NCBI GenBank assembly: GCA_030390025.1
Contig: CM059432.1
Span: 146,694,001-146,758,000 of the forward strand
DNA: 64,000 bases
DNA from: Squalus acanthias
Lineage: Eukaryota
Direction: 5' to 3'
Shown here: positions 13,255-25,888 of the stretch, in pieces
Numbering within the stretch: the stretch's first letter is position 1
How the letters are laid out: each line of letters opens with the position of its first letter
Translations under genes and position numbers: made by a program
Notes under the pieces: generated by a model
What the model saw: only the letters and a program-made list of their open reading frames with translations
Database searches by the model: none
What the model was told of the DNA's origin: nothing

Positions 13255-14960
13255 GATTTTTGTCTCCATTCCTGAACGTGCAGGCTTGTGATGGGCTACA
13301 GTTTCAAGGGAACTGACAACCCCACGAGTACCTCTCAGAAGTGGTCTCTCCCTGAATGAGCCCAGACAATGTGTGTATCGGCATCAGAGTGGAGCCCAAC
13401 TTTCCTCCGTTTCAAATGTTTCTGCACGCGCACTTTTCAGTGGGGGGCACTGAATCGCCATCAGGAATGTAGGGGGTGGTGTGGTAGGGGTCAGCCTCAC
13501 CTCTGACTCAGTGAGCAGTTCGAATCGCTCCCACGCCCCTGGTTCTAGACCTTGGACTTATTTGGGGTTGTGAATAAAGATGCAGTAGACAACAGGTTTG
13601 GATGAAAGAGTTTTGACTTTTATTAAAAGAAAAAGGTAACAAACTTAAAATACACTTAACACTTAAACACAGGTTGGGGAACACGCGGTACAGGCAAGGG
13701 AAATAACATTAGAAGAATACTTCACCCCTCCCAATCCCACTTCTCTAGCTAGGTTGGACTCTGGAGAACCAGGGATAATGCTCACCAAACGAATCCTTGA
13801 CAGTTGAGAGTTAGGGTTTAGAGTCTTTTGAGTAAAAGGTTTGGTAAGGCCCTTGTTGCCGCGAGGTGTCCGATGGTCACTGAGGCAGTCGCTCTGGTTT
13901 CTTCTTGCGTGTCGGTCTGCTTGTGAAGCTGTTGGCCTTCTTTGTTGAGCTTCTTGCTGTAACTCTGCCTCTGTTTAAACTGTCTTCTTCCGAGCTGTGG
14001 AACGGCCTTCTTGCAGAACTGTGGAAACTGCCTTCTGCCTGCTTGTCCTGAACTCTGTAACTCCAGCACTGACTTCTTGCTTAAAACAGGCTTTTCGATT
14101 GAACTGCAGAACTGCCTTCTGTTGAACTTGAACTGTTTTACTGGAGAACTTGAACTGTTGTAACTGCTTGATGGGCCTTCAATTATACTAAATTGAAGTG
14201 GCCTTATCAAAACCAAATCAAATCCTGGTCATTGTAAGACCTCGTTAACAGTAGCAACTTTACTAAGTGTCAAATGGCTTGCGTCCTGTCGATCTCTTCG
14301 GTTGATTACAGGTGATTGGTTTCGTGTTTTGGGTTTCTAGGCTGGACTCGGGTTTTTCTATAGAATGGTCCTGAGCGATTTGAATTATGCATGATTTTGA
14401 TGGGTCTGTGATAGGTTTTAATGGGGCCTGTGTTTTGGGTGGGGCTGCCTTCTCCCAGAGTCTATTGTCCAAATGTTAATGCTTGCTGGGGCTTGAGTGA
14501 GGTCATCCCGATTCCCCAGACAATGCAATTTAACTGCAATACCCAAAACTGCTTTTACAGAGGTCCACCCCACCTCCTGTGCAGCCTTTTCTCCCTTACA
14601 GGTTCAGACATGTCTTTTAAAATGCCGAAACTTGGTTTTTGGTCTTATATTCCTTATGTTAGGCCCAAATGCATTTTATCACTCTGAGGTAGTTCCAAAG
14701 TCCTTTTTCCTTAGGTTTTGGGGATCTGCAAATTTTGGAAACCTTACAGGAATGAGAAACCTGCCAAATTTTAAACCGCCCCCCCCCCCCCCCACCCCTC
14801 CCAGGCCAGGTTTGTTGAAGCCAGTTGCGATGCTCCAACTGCTGCCCCAGTTGAGGTTAGCCAATTCAACTCTGACCGGAAATTAAAGCTGGTCTTCTGG
14901 TCCGTATGGCTTGGTGCTGTACCAGATGGTGCCTTCACCGCATGGCCATCAGGGGAGTTG
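13255..14960 (-). mobile_element. Old tRNA-headed SINE (family not identified), split by a solo LTR
   Basis: 13255-13467 and 14749-14960 join into a sequence resembling the copies at 26345-26680, 52060-52375 and 59170-59395. Confidence 0.5.
13468..14748 (-). mobile_element. Solo LTR (1281 bp), Gypsy or ERV type
   Basis: Starts TGTAGG, ends CCTTACA; 4-bp TSD GGAA at 13464-13467 and 14749-14752; minus-strand AATAAA near 13620; orientation tentative. Confidence 0.8.
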
Positions 14961-15097
14961 GGAAAGTCTATTGAAGTGTATATAACAGCATGGGCCGAGC
15001 TTTTCAGTGACTTTGGTAACTCTGGCCACCTGGTGAAATAATAAAGACGGGCTGGATGAGTGTCAATCTATCACGGCAGCTTTCATGTAATAGATTG

Positions 15098-15540
15098 TCA
15101 GCTGTGGCTCGCCTCTGAGTCAGAAGGTTGTGGGTTTCAAGTCCCACTCCAGAGACTTGAGTACATAAAGCTAGGCTGACACTCCCAGTGCAGTACTGAG
15201 GGAGCGCTGCACTGTCGGATGTGCCGTTTTTTGGATGAGACGTTAAACTGAGGCCCTGTGTGCTCTCTCAGGTGTACGTAAAAGATCCCATGGCACTATT
15301 TTGAAGAAGAGTAGGGGAGTTATCCCCGGTGTCCTGGCCAATATTTCTCCCTCAACCAACATAACAAAATCAGATTATCTGGTCATTATCACATTGCTGT
15401 TGTGGGATCTTGCTGTGTGCAAATTGGCTGCCTTGTTTCCCACATTACAACAGTGACTACACTTCAAAAGTACTTCATTGACTGTAAAGCGCTTTGAGAC
15501 GTCCGGTGGTCGTGAAAGGCGCTGTATAAATGCAAGTCTA
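15098..15540 (+). mobile_element. Near full-length tRNA-derived DeuSINE (SacSINE1-like)
   Basis: B-box-like ggtttcaagtcc; Deu-type core gtgccgtttttggatgagacgttaaactgagg...aaagatcccatggcact; L2-like tail aaaggcgctgtataaatgcaagt. Confidence 0.88.
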
Positions 15541-16839
15541 TTATAATCAATCACTCTTATTTCTTGACATATATTTGCTGCACCTTTCTGTTTATTTTAC
15601 AGTCTAAATTTATGTCTTTTCCCCATTCTGATTTCTCCGCTTCTATTTTTTGTTATTACTCCATTAATGTTTAGTTATTCTTCATTTATACATCTGGTTT
15701 TGTGTTTTATTGTGCTCTGCCTCTCTTTGCCTGCCAGATCTATCCCAATATCCTTGCTCAGTTGCACAAAATACGCTCGTTTTGCCACACAAGTTATTGT
15801 ACATGAAACAATCTTATTGAGGGTGACGTTACTTTAACAATAATGCACAGAGACAATTTAAAAAGGTTTTGAGAGGAATCCTACGGGGCTTTGTCATCTG
15901 GCGTTTTTGATGTGCAAATCACTGTTTATGAAAGTCTGTCATCGAGACATTTCACTCCATCTGATTATGTGTTTCTCACTGGTTGCCTCAGCGAGTCTTG
16001 CCGTAGAGAACAGTCAAAAATAATCCAATTCATTTTTGAATTTTTTCGCTATTAATTTCTTTTGTCTTTTGGGGATTATGGCTCTTTAAACAGTAAGGCC
16101 TAATATGGTTCTTTGTACAGTAAAGGCCTGGGCTTTCCAATGGTTCTGGCACGGATGGGGCCGAAATTTAGTTTGGGATGTGTTCTGCTGCTTCACTGCC
16201 TACCCATTACATTCCAGAGGGCGGATCTGGTGGCTTAAAATTAAATGACGATGAGGGAACTGGGCCTGTGCCTTGTTTTACAACACATGGATTGTTTGAA
16301 TCCTGTGTGCAAGGGCCATCTGTTCGCTCCAGAATCCAGTGTTCCATGATTGGTGGAGGAGGAGAGTTTCTACTTGCAGCCAGTGCCTTTAAAAGTTCTA
16401 AGAAAATAGATGGGTCCCAAAAAAAGAGGTGCCCAAATTTGTTTCAAAAAAAAAAATCCCTTTTTGCAGGAAGCACGAAGGCCACTTGTATCCTGATGCT
16501 GCAGCAGGACCCCTCCCCAGCAGAGGTCAGAGAGCCAACCTCCGATATGATTATGACCCTGAAGCTGAAATGTCATCTGGGGGTTAGCCCAGGCCTCGAG
16601 ATTGATGCTGTAATTGGCGTGTACAGTTGGGAAGGAGTTTGTGTCCAAGCATGCTGAGAGGGTGCTGAATCAACATTCGAGACTTTCAAATATCAAGAGT
16701 GTTGAAGCACCTTTGATTAGTTAGTGTTGCCCTCAGTGACTCCTCCTAGCCTCTATACTGCATACGTTGCTAATACTGATTCACTTAAGGGATGGTAGTG
16801 CGGGGAGAAGTATTTTAAGTATAAAGTACTCATCCTTTA

Positions 16840-16927
16840 TTTATATCCATCTATTTATCTCTCTACTATCTATCTCTATCTTTCTATCCATCTATTTATC
16901 TCTACTATCTATCTCTATCTATCTATT
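16840..16927 (+). repeat. Degenerate (CTAT)n microsatellite
   Basis: ctatctatctctatct repeats. Confidence 0.8.
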
Positions 16928-16937
16928 TTGTTAATTC

Positions 16938-16993
16938 TCAGGATGTGGGCATTGCTGGCAAGGCTGGCATTTATTGCCCATCCTAGTTGCCCT
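16938..16993 (-). mobile_element. Isolated 3' tail of the second CR1/L2-group LINE family
   Basis: ggatgtgggcattgctggcaaggctggcatttattgcccatcc matches the reverse complement of 51485-51540. Confidence 0.75.
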
Positions 16994-17896
16994 CTATTTA
17001 TTTATCTATTGTCTATTATCTATGTATTACTATCTATTGATCTATCTGTCAGTTTTGTGTCTGTGTCTCTGTTATACTGTAGTGAGCCTGTAACACTTCT
17101 AATTGGGTGTTACTAATTATGTGACACCATTAACCTATCAGATTATCACAGGAATGCATATGGTAGCCATTCATTTATTTTTATTTTTAATATTAGCTAT
17201 TTAATTTTTTTCCCCTATGCAGCAAGGTCCTGATTTACTCAGCCTCTCTTTTCTGCTTGACCCTAATCTCCTCTCTCCTTGGAGTATCATCATATTCTGT
17301 GGTTCTGGCTCACTAGCATCGCTGACCCGATCTCCACCCCTATCCGACCTCCACCCCTAACCAACAATCTCCACCTACCTCTAACCTTGACTGTTAAATC
17401 AATCGAGTAGATGAATCCAAAATTATATGGGTTTGGACACCATAAATAAATTAACTTGTTGGTTTTATTAATATCGACAGAAAGTATAAGCAAGTCTATA
17501 TGTTTATATACTTACAAATAGGATATCCATTGGGGTCTGTGAACTACTAACCAATCCAAGTGAGTACTCAGTGCGGAATATCAAAGAACTAATCTTATGT
17601 ACACATCTTGAGGACAGTTTCTCAGCAACATCAGATGACCTCCCATGAACGATCTCCTGTGAACCTATCAATTCTGAGATTATCATCATGTGATCCTTAA
17701 GTGACATATGCTACTACACCAATAGATGGCAATGTTGCACCATATATACCTCATTCTGCTGTAATGCAGGTGGCGTTATTATATGATGCACTATTCTACA
17801 CTGAACAGACCCCACCTCTCTGTGCCTTGTACTAGCATGCTCAACCCTGACCTTGCCTCCCTGCCCAACTTAACACTGACTTGACCTCAAAACTTT

Positions 17897-18270
17897 ATAA
17901 GAACACAAGAATTAGGAACAGGAGTTGGGCACACGGCCCCTCGAGCCTGCTCCGCCATTCAATAAGATCATGGCTGATCTTCGACCTCAACTCCACTTTC
18001 CCGCCCGATCTCCATATCCCTCGATTCCCCGAGAGTCCAAAAATCTATCGATCTCTGTCTTGAATATGCTCAACGATTCAGCATCCACAGCCCTCTGGGG
18101 TAGAGAATTCCAAAGATTCACCACCCTCTGAGTGAAGAAATTTCTCATCGTCTCGGTCCTGAATTGCCGACCCCTTATTCTGAGACTGTGACCCCCTGGT
18201 TCTAGACTCTCCAGCCAGTGGGAAACAACCTCTCGGCATCTACCCTGTCAATCCCCCTTCAGAATCTTAT
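17897..18270 (-). mobile_element. CR1 (HER1-like) LINE 3' fragment
   Basis: 3' UTR ...ggcggagcaggctcgagggg... and end of ORF2 (QRVVNLWNSLPQRAV) on the minus strand. Confidence 0.9.
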
Positions 18271-18622
18271 GGGCTAAAAATTGGATGTAGCCAAGAAAGT
18301 GGCAGTGCTAAGACTAAGTGAGGTTAAGCTGCGCCATCTGAAAATGGTCCAGTTAAGATGCAAAATTCGCCCTCCCTCTTCATTAGCATGATTTTAGTCG
18401 TGATTTCAGCGCTAAAACTGCTGCTCATTGGCCTTACACTGAACAGGTGGACCAATATCGGGGGTGGTCTAATTCACAACCATGATAGCCACAGGCTTTT
18501 TCCACTACTTAAAGGGAAGGTGCATTCATGTTGCAGCCCCTCATTGTCAGGCTGCTCGGCCGTTCAGCTGCCCCGACAGCACAGTGAAGAGGTGGACGGG
18601 GAAGCAACACTCACAAGTAGTA

Positions 18623-19228
18623 ATGGCAGAACGTAGATGGAGGGAGAGAGGCTGTAGGTTCTCCGACGAAGCTCTGCAGGCATTGGTCTCCGTGGTGGAG
18701 AGGAGGCGGGCGGTGCTAAAACCGCAAACTGACAAGAGGTCTCTCATCACACACATCCAGGACCATGTGGCGTGAGATTGCAGAGCCACCCAAGCTCTGA
18801 CTGCTGCCATCGTGGCTGGGTTTGCCCACCGTCGACCGGGGCTTTCACGGTGTCGCAACAGGCCAGCAGTCTGTGCTGCAACAGATTGCTGGGAGTGCTG
18901 AGGCTCCACCCCAGGGGAATGACAGTGGAGCAGGACCCTGCTGTCCTCTCTCTGGATGACAGCATTCCTCTTCCCACCACTGCCACTCTGCCATTGCCCT
19001 CGCCACTGCCCATCAGCCAGCCAGCCCAGACTGCTGCCACACGTGCCGAGGTGGTGCAGTCTACAGCCGGGTCTTCTTGGTCTGGAGCTGGCCGAGGTTG
19101 ACCTGCAAGGCCATCTGCAGCATCCCCGATGGAAAGTCAGCAGCCTTCTACCAGCCATGCTGCAGCCATTGGGGGAGCACTTCGTAGGAGCACTAGAGTA
19201 GGAAAAGCCACACGAAAGACAGACGCTA
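18623..19228 (+). pseudogene. Harbinger Myb/SANT-like DNA-binding protein (NAIF1/MSANTD-like), internally deleted
   Basis: MAERRWRERGCRFSDEALQALVSVVERRRAVL matches the R-F-S-x-x-x-L-x-x-L-V trihelix start; frame breaks near 18775. Confidence 0.75.
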
Positions 19229-19419
19229 AGGGATTAGACCAGGGTGATTAGTTAATAGTATAATTGTAAATATGTGTCTTGTGATTATAGATGAATTTAT
19301 TAATTGTGTTTGGAATATTTTGTGGGGTGTCTCGTTCCAGCTTTGTGCCCAGGAGAACAATGTGATATTCCGTGACACAGAGATGGCTTTGTGATGTGCA
19401 ATGGGATCTGGGGTTTCAT

Positions 19420-20568
19420 TCATTCGAATTGGCATCTGATAAGCCGCTGACAGACAGCCCGTCCAGATGGACGAATGGGTGCCTCCCTCCTCCCTCCCTC
19501 CCTCCTCATCCTCTTTCTCCTTGTCCTCATCTCCCTTGTCCTCCTCCTGAGGTGGTCCCGCAATCCCTGCTGGCAATGGCTGCGCCCTCATGAGGGCCAA
19601 GTTGTGGAGCATGCAGCAGACCCCCATGAAATGGGACCCCTGCGCCGGCGAGTACTGGAGGGCTCCTCCCGAGCATCAAGGCAGTGGAACCGTTGCTTCA
19701 GTAGATGGTCTGCTCGATGATGTTCCTAGTGGAAGCATGGCTCTCATTATATGAGTGCTGGGCAGGAGTGGTGGGGTTGCGGAGGAGAGTCATCAGCCAG
19801 GTGCAGACCGGATAGCCCTGGTCTCCAAGCAGCCACCCTTGGGTTTGACGTGGTGGCTGGAAGGTTGCTGGCACACTGGACTGATGCAGGATGAAGGCAT
19901 CATGACTACTGCCAGGATAGCGGGCATTGATATTGAGGATTCGCTGTGTGTGGGCGTACACCAACTGCACACTAAGTGAGAGGTAGCCTTTGCGGTTCCG
20001 GAAGATCTCAGGATTGTTATACTGTGCCCACAAAGCCACGTGCATGCAGTCGTTGGCGCCCTGCACCATGGGGAAGCCCGCTATCCTGGCAAAGCCACAT
20101 GCGCGCTCGTCCTGCTTCTCTCTGCTCAGAGAAGACAACGTAGACCCTTCTACTGGAGTAGAGAGCCTCAGTGACCTCCCGGATGCAGCGATGGACGGTG
20201 AACTGGGAGATGTTAGCTATGTCTCCTGTTGCAGACTGGAATGATCCGCTGGTGAAGAAATTGAGGGCCACGGTGACCTTGACTGCCACTGAGAGAGCCG
20301 TGGTCACCCTGATCTGAGGCTGGAGGTCAGGTTGCAGGAGGTGGCAGAGTTCTGTGACCACCTCCTTGCTAAAGAGGAGCCTCCTAAGATACTGCTTCTT
20401 GTTTAAGTGGAGGTAGGAGAAGTGCTAGCTGGGCAAGGCCTCCTGTTGAGAGCCCTCATGGCCCTCCTCCTCCTCCCTCTGCAGCGCAGGTTCTCGTCTT
20501 CCTCGCTGCCTCCGCTCCCTCTGCCGTAGATCCTGGAGGGTGAGGTCGACTGCCAGTACAGCCCCCAT
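19420..20568 (-). pseudogene. Harbinger transposase (HARBI1-like, DDE_Tnp_4), frameshifted
   Basis: ALNFFTSGSFQ, GFPMVQGANDCMHV, NRKGYLSLSVQLV, YPGSSHDAFIL, WLLGDQGY, YNESHASTRNIIEQT, CCMLHNLAL spread over several frames; ATG at 20568. Confidence 0.92.
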
Positions 20569-21329
20569 GACTGTGAGGATGGGCTGTGAGCAGAAGCCTT
20601 AAAAAAAATTAAGAGGAACTTCTGCACTTGAATCAACACTCCATGTTACCAAAAAACTTTGAAATAATTAAAGAAAGCTGGGCTAGTTGCAGGAAGTAGC
20701 AAGCAGCCACCGAAACTGCTGAACCATGTCAGGTACAATTTATTGGGGATGTCGCCTTTAGATATCGCTGCTGCAGCCTGCTTCCTGCTGGTAGGCGACA
20801 GCCCTCCCTGTCGTTGTTCTGCGCTGACGGTAAGGTAAGTGGCTAAATCCGATGTTGGAGATCGGGTGTCAAGTGAGTGTCACACACTGATGGATCCACC
20901 ACCAGCTGGTGGAAGAGCACAGGCCGCCGTCTTTTCACAATTTCATGGCGGCAGTGGCCGGCGCTATAGATGTCTATTTCTCCCCCCTACATATTTCAAT
21001 GAGATCACCGAGGTGCTGTCAAACACTGACAATCACTGTACAAAGGTGAGCCCTTGTACCCAGGCTCTCCAATGACTCTCTCCTTAGGATGAAACAGATG
21101 GCAGCTGCAGGTGAGGGTACAGGAGCGATCTGTCACTTCTCCCATTGAGGTGAGGCCACACAAACACTTCAAAGCTTGTCACCTACAGATAAATCTAAAC
21201 ACATTAAAAATGACTTTCCCAACATTTCCTTACCTCTGATACTCACCAGTGTCCCATTGCATCCTTCACACCACTTCTGCAGCTGTCATCTATCCACCAA
21301 CATTACAACAGACCCACAGCACGTCTCAC

Positions 21330-21602
21330 TTACCCTGGCGGGGTTTCCTGTCATCGGGAAGTCGCAAAATGGGAAAAAGCTTCTTAACTGCCTGTTAACT
21401 ACCTGCTAACAGGCAGTTAAGTGGCTGTAATCCTCTTCCCGCCGCTAGGGGTCGGGTCCCTGCGCAAATCGAGGACCCGACTCCCGGGAAGATTGACTGG
21501 AGGCGGGTTGGGAGCGGGTTCGGGACCCGCTCACATTATTTTGGATTTTCCCATCAGTCCCGCCTCCAGACCCGCCTCCTCAGAGCTGGTGAAATCCAGC
21601 CC
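21330..21602. mobile_element. Right half of a Harbinger-type MITE
   Basis: Ends gaaatccagccc like the MITEs at 38267 and 39883; internal 15-bp perfect inverted repeat. Confidence 0.55.
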
Positions 21603-22384
21603 TATGACTCTAAAACTGAATTGAAATTCTTAATGGAATTTGAACTCGTGTTCTCCGGATTCCTAGTCCAGTATCAGTGCACTCCTGTACGCAATGATTG
21701 ATTACACGTGGTTCTGTAAGTAAGCAGCTTGTGTTTACATTGTGCCTTTTTCGAAACTAAGCTCCAGGCTGTGAGAACCGTGGCAGAAATGCAGGAGATT
21801 TTACTCCACTCAGGCTGATGCACGAGAGCAGTCACAGACACAGCTATCCATCACCTTGCTCAGCAGCAGCCATCTGGGAAGTGATGACTCACCATGTAAA
21901 TCTGAAGCCACAAAATCCACGGTTGCTTGTACTCTGAGATAAACCATGAGTAATGTTGCTAAGGGTTTTCGGAAAGACACAGCTGTGGAGGAGAGATGTG
22001 CCGTAGAAGAATCAGACTCTGTGTAACAGGCAAATCCCATAAGCAAATTTGATAACTCTGGTGCACGTGATCACCATCACAACAGTATTTTTATTTCCTA
22101 TTCAGTGTTGCATTCTTCTGCCGTTTGTGCTTCCCCTCATGATTGAACTCCAGTGCTAGCAATCTCACTGCAGGGAGGGGGGAACAGGGTGTAGCCATTC
22201 TCTCACCAGACTCTGTACTGATTGAGTCGTGACTGCAAAGCACAGAGATCCACACAAATCTAATCGAGCTCACTGAAGAGTGAAGGACACATGCTTTTTT
22301 TTTGGTGCTGCATATTAATTTTCTGCGAGTTGGCCGTATTTAAATAAATTTAGGGATCTGTGACATTGTAGACGCAAGGAGACC

Positions 22385-23755
22385 GGGGTAGAAATTGGTT
22401 CGCATTGCACCTGTTTATCAAGCGTATAACAGGTGCAGAGCATACTAATTTAGCAGTGGGAATGGCCTGCTCCCAGTCTGCACAGGTGTTGGTCCCACCA
22501 CTAAATTTGTTGGGCCTGTATTTTAGTTGTCCCGGGCAGAAGCCTCAAATGGGTGTTAGGTCTTTTGAATATGTAAATGACGACCCGTTTTTAAAAAGTT
22601 GTCTCCGATGAGTGGGGCGGACCTCGGAATCTTCAGTGGCCCCGGCAGCAGCCAACCAAAGGTGGATTGTGTAAAAAAAAAAAAAATTTCTGCGGAGCCA
22701 GAGGAGCACACGTGTGTCCCCGACTCCACAGGATTGCCGATCAGCCCTCCTCCTCCTCCCTCACCCCCTATAAACCCACTCCAACACCCTCCCCCCTCCC
22801 AGTCACTGAAAGCAAACATGCAGGTGCAGCAAGCAGTTAGGAAGGCAAACGGTATGTTGGCCTTCATTGCAAGAGGATTTGAGTACAGGAGCAAGGATGT
22901 CTTACTACAGTTATACAGGGCCTTGGTGAGACCACACCTGGAGTACTGTGTGCAGTTTTGGCCTCCTTACCTAAGAAAGGATATACTTGCCATAGAGGGG
23001 GTGCAGCGAAGGTTCACCAGACTGATTCCTGGGATGGCAGGACTGTCGTATGAGGAGAGATTGGGTCGAATAGGCCTGTATTCACTAGAGTTTAGAAGAA
23101 TGAGAGGGGATCTCATTGAAACGTATAACATTCTGACAGGGCTAGACAGACTGGATGCAGGGAGGATGTTTCCCCTGGCTGGGGGGTCCAGAATGAGGGG
23201 TCACAGTCTCAGGATACGGGATAGGACATTTAGGACTGAGATGAGGAGAAATTTCTTCACTCAGAGGGTGGTGAACCTGTGGAATTCTCTACCACAGAAG
23301 GCCGTGGAGGCCAAGTCACTGAATATATTTAAGTAGAAAGATAGATAGATTTCTAGACACAAAAGGCATCAAGAGGTATGGGGAGGAGCGGGAATATGGT
23401 ATTGAGATAGAGGATCAGTCATGATCATATTGAATGGCGGAGCAGACTCGAAGGGCCGAATGGCCTACTCCTGCTCCTATTTTTCTATGTTTCTAAGTTT
23501 CTCCCCCCCCCTCCTTCTCCATCTGGGACATGCCTGAGGGCCGCTGCTGGTGAAATTCTTGCTCAGGCAAGCTGTCTGTGGAGATGTGACCAGTGCCGAC
23601 AGCTCGCCAGGAATATGCTGATGAGGCCCAAGGATCAATTTTTATCGATCCTGGGGGCCTCTTGCTTTGAGCGCGAGCTGACCTCGCAGCACCAAGTGTG
23701 GACCTGAAAACCACACTTCCTGCCACAGTCGCTGGGCCCAGCTTCCTATTTTCAT
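22385..23755. mobile_element. Harbinger-type MITE split by a CR1 insertion
   Basis: Left end ggggtagaaattgg; GC-rich sequence resumes after 23502; right end uncertain. Confidence 0.4.
22800..23502 (+). mobile_element. CR1 (HER1-like) LINE, 5'-truncated
   Basis: [47 protein letters not shown]...QRVVNLWNSLPQ, then 3' UTR and tttctatgtttct tail. Confidence 0.95.
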
Positions 23756-25236
23756 GACAATATTGGGTCATCTGTCATCTTGGATAGTATTTATTGCTGC
23801 GGTAGGATTAACATAGTCACAACTGATGATCTGAGCAGCTAACTATAACTGACACATCTATTGCCTGCTCACTGTAATATTGTGTAATGACTAACTGTGG
23901 GATTCACAGTTTGATCTATGAGTGGGAGAGTCTAGAGAACCAGCCAAGCCAATGTCACAGATGGATTATAAAGGTCTTTTTCATGAGTGGAATAAATATA
24001 TTTCTGACATAAACATATTCCATTCGCACCTATCTTGTATTCTATTTATTTATATTATATACCTAAAATTATACAACATTTGTAATACATTTACTAAAAC
24101 AAGGCTAAAAATTACTTAAATGTTAAATTCACGAATTCCACACTCCCAGCAGAAGGAGAGGAGGGTTAGTTGGGCATGGGCAGCAGGGGGGGGAATATGT
24201 TCAAAGAGAATAGCGATTGGAGACTGGTCTACAATACTGCAGTGCTGATTCTCCCATGCACGCTCCCTTGAAGCCAGTTCTCCACTGGGTGCATGGAATC
24301 GGTGAAATTACCATTTACAAATTAAAAATTAATAATCCTTTCCCCTCGAGTATTAAATCTAGAAGTTTTTCTGTGATGCCCTGTAATTCAGAACCCTCCC
24401 CTACTTTCAATCTAAAACTGGTATCAGCTGCACAAGTTGCTGGGTTATGCTGAAGGCATTTTTTTTTTAATGGGTTTGCTTTGATAAGCGAATATTTCGA
24501 ACGGGAACAAACTTTTTAAGGAATAAAGCAGAAGGGCAAAAAATTAAAACCCACATGTCATCTTCTGGACTGAGTAAAATAGGAGCGATGTAATCTTTTG
24601 GGAGAGGCAAAAAAAACTAGAGAAAAAGAAACCCTCGACTAATTCAGCGACAAAAACAATTCTGGGAAATTGCTCTCTGATCCCCGAAGGTGATTGAAAC
24701 AAGTTCCAAGAGGTCCACAATGAACACGAGACACATAACCCAACATCCGATCTACATTTTGTACGCAATGATATGACTCTGCCAGAAACTCGTCCAACTC
24801 TTTTTTTTCTGAGTATATCCGCACTCGTGACATGAGGTTGCAACTTGTTCCAAAAGCTGATAGCCTCTGCAAAAAATAAAAATCTCCCGATATCTAAGCT
24901 AGTTCTATGCTTACGTAACTTATACACATATACACTTGTTAACCCTGACCTATCTACTTCAAATAGTACATCCACAGCAAGACACAGTCTAGTCCCTTCA
25001 TTATTTTTAGTACCTCAATCAAATCTCCCTGAAGTCTACATTATTCCAGAGAAAAAGAACAAGCTCTCTCAGCCTATTGTGATAACTAGGGCTTTTAAAC
25101 TAGGTATCAGTCACGTGGCCTTTCCCAGAACCTTTTCAAGAGCCTTTCTCCCACCATGTGAGCGGACCAAACTGGACACCGTATTCTAGATGAGGCACAA
25201 CTAAGATTTTGTAAAAGTACACTACGGCGCTTTCAG

Positions 25237-25512
25237 AGGTGCTGCCCTCTCAGGTGGATGTAAAAGATCCCATGCTAGTGTGCGAAGAGGAGCAGGGGCA
25301 TTCTCCCCGGTGTCCTGACCAATATTTATCCTCGGCCAACACCTAAAAACAGATTATCTGGCCATTAACTCGTTGCAGTTTGTGGGACCTTGCTGTGCGC
25401 AAATTGGTGCGGCATTACAACAGTGACTACGCTTCAATAGTACTTCATTGGCTGTAAAATTTGTTGGGACATCCTGAGGTCATGAAAGTTGTTATATAAG
25501 TGGAAGTCTTTT
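25237..25512 (+). mobile_element. DeuSINE, 3' half
   Basis: ctgccctctcaggtggatgtaaaagatcccatg...cagattatctgg...tacttcattggctgtaaa. Confidence 0.85.
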
Positions 25513-25795
25513 TTTGTTTTATATTGGATCATCCGAGCAACACATCCGAATACTCTATTTGCTTTTGCTGCAGCATTATGGCACTGGTCGTGAACCTTTA
25601 GAGACTCATGCTCTATAACACACTTGTCTCTTTTCCCCCCGCGCAACAGGCTTTAGTTCGGAACCCTCCATGGTATGTAAATGCCTGGTGTTAGCCCTAC
25701 CCACCTGCACAACCCTACATTTATCAGCATTAAATGCCATCTGCCATCTGCCAGATGCCGGTTCAATTCCCCCATCACATCTAGGTCTAATTGTA

Positions 25796-25888
25796 AAATA
25801 ACAACAGAAATGCTGGAAACACTCAGCAGGCCAGGCAGCATCCGTGGAGAGAGAAACAGAGTCAACGTTTCAGGCCTGGGACCCTTCA
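25796..25888 (-). mobile_element. 93-bp Penelope-like terminal-repeat fragment with truncated hammerhead
   Basis: 10-bp TSD TCTAATTGTA (25786-25795, 25889-25898); minus strand tgaagggtcccaggcctGAAAcgttgact. Confidence 0.75.

Larger units (their letters stand above)
18271..20987. mobile_element. Decayed two-gene PIF/Harbinger DNA transposon
   Basis: Convergent Myb/SANT gene (+) and DDE transposase (-); degenerate TIRs gggctaaaaattg / ctatttctccccc. Confidence 0.85.

Noticed and set aside
13818..14216. 132-aa Q/K/S-rich ORF
   Set aside because: Lies within the solo LTR's repetitive segment; no recognisable domain
15098..15160. tRNA genes at SINE heads (also 33660, 34720)
   Set aside because: A/B-box-like sequence continues into SINE bodies; no complete cloverleaf
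16123..16800. Possible further MITE
   Set aside because: Resembles other MITE interiors but no matching TIRs or TSD could be identified
19420..20568. Host HARBI1 gene
   Set aside because: Frameshifted and paired with a Myb gene inside TIR-like ends, so a transposon copy; no gene symbol assigned
22599..23336. 245-aa ORF with a Pro-rich N-terminus as a chimeric gene
   Set aside because: Chance in-frame fusion of MITE sequence to a truncated CR1 ORF2
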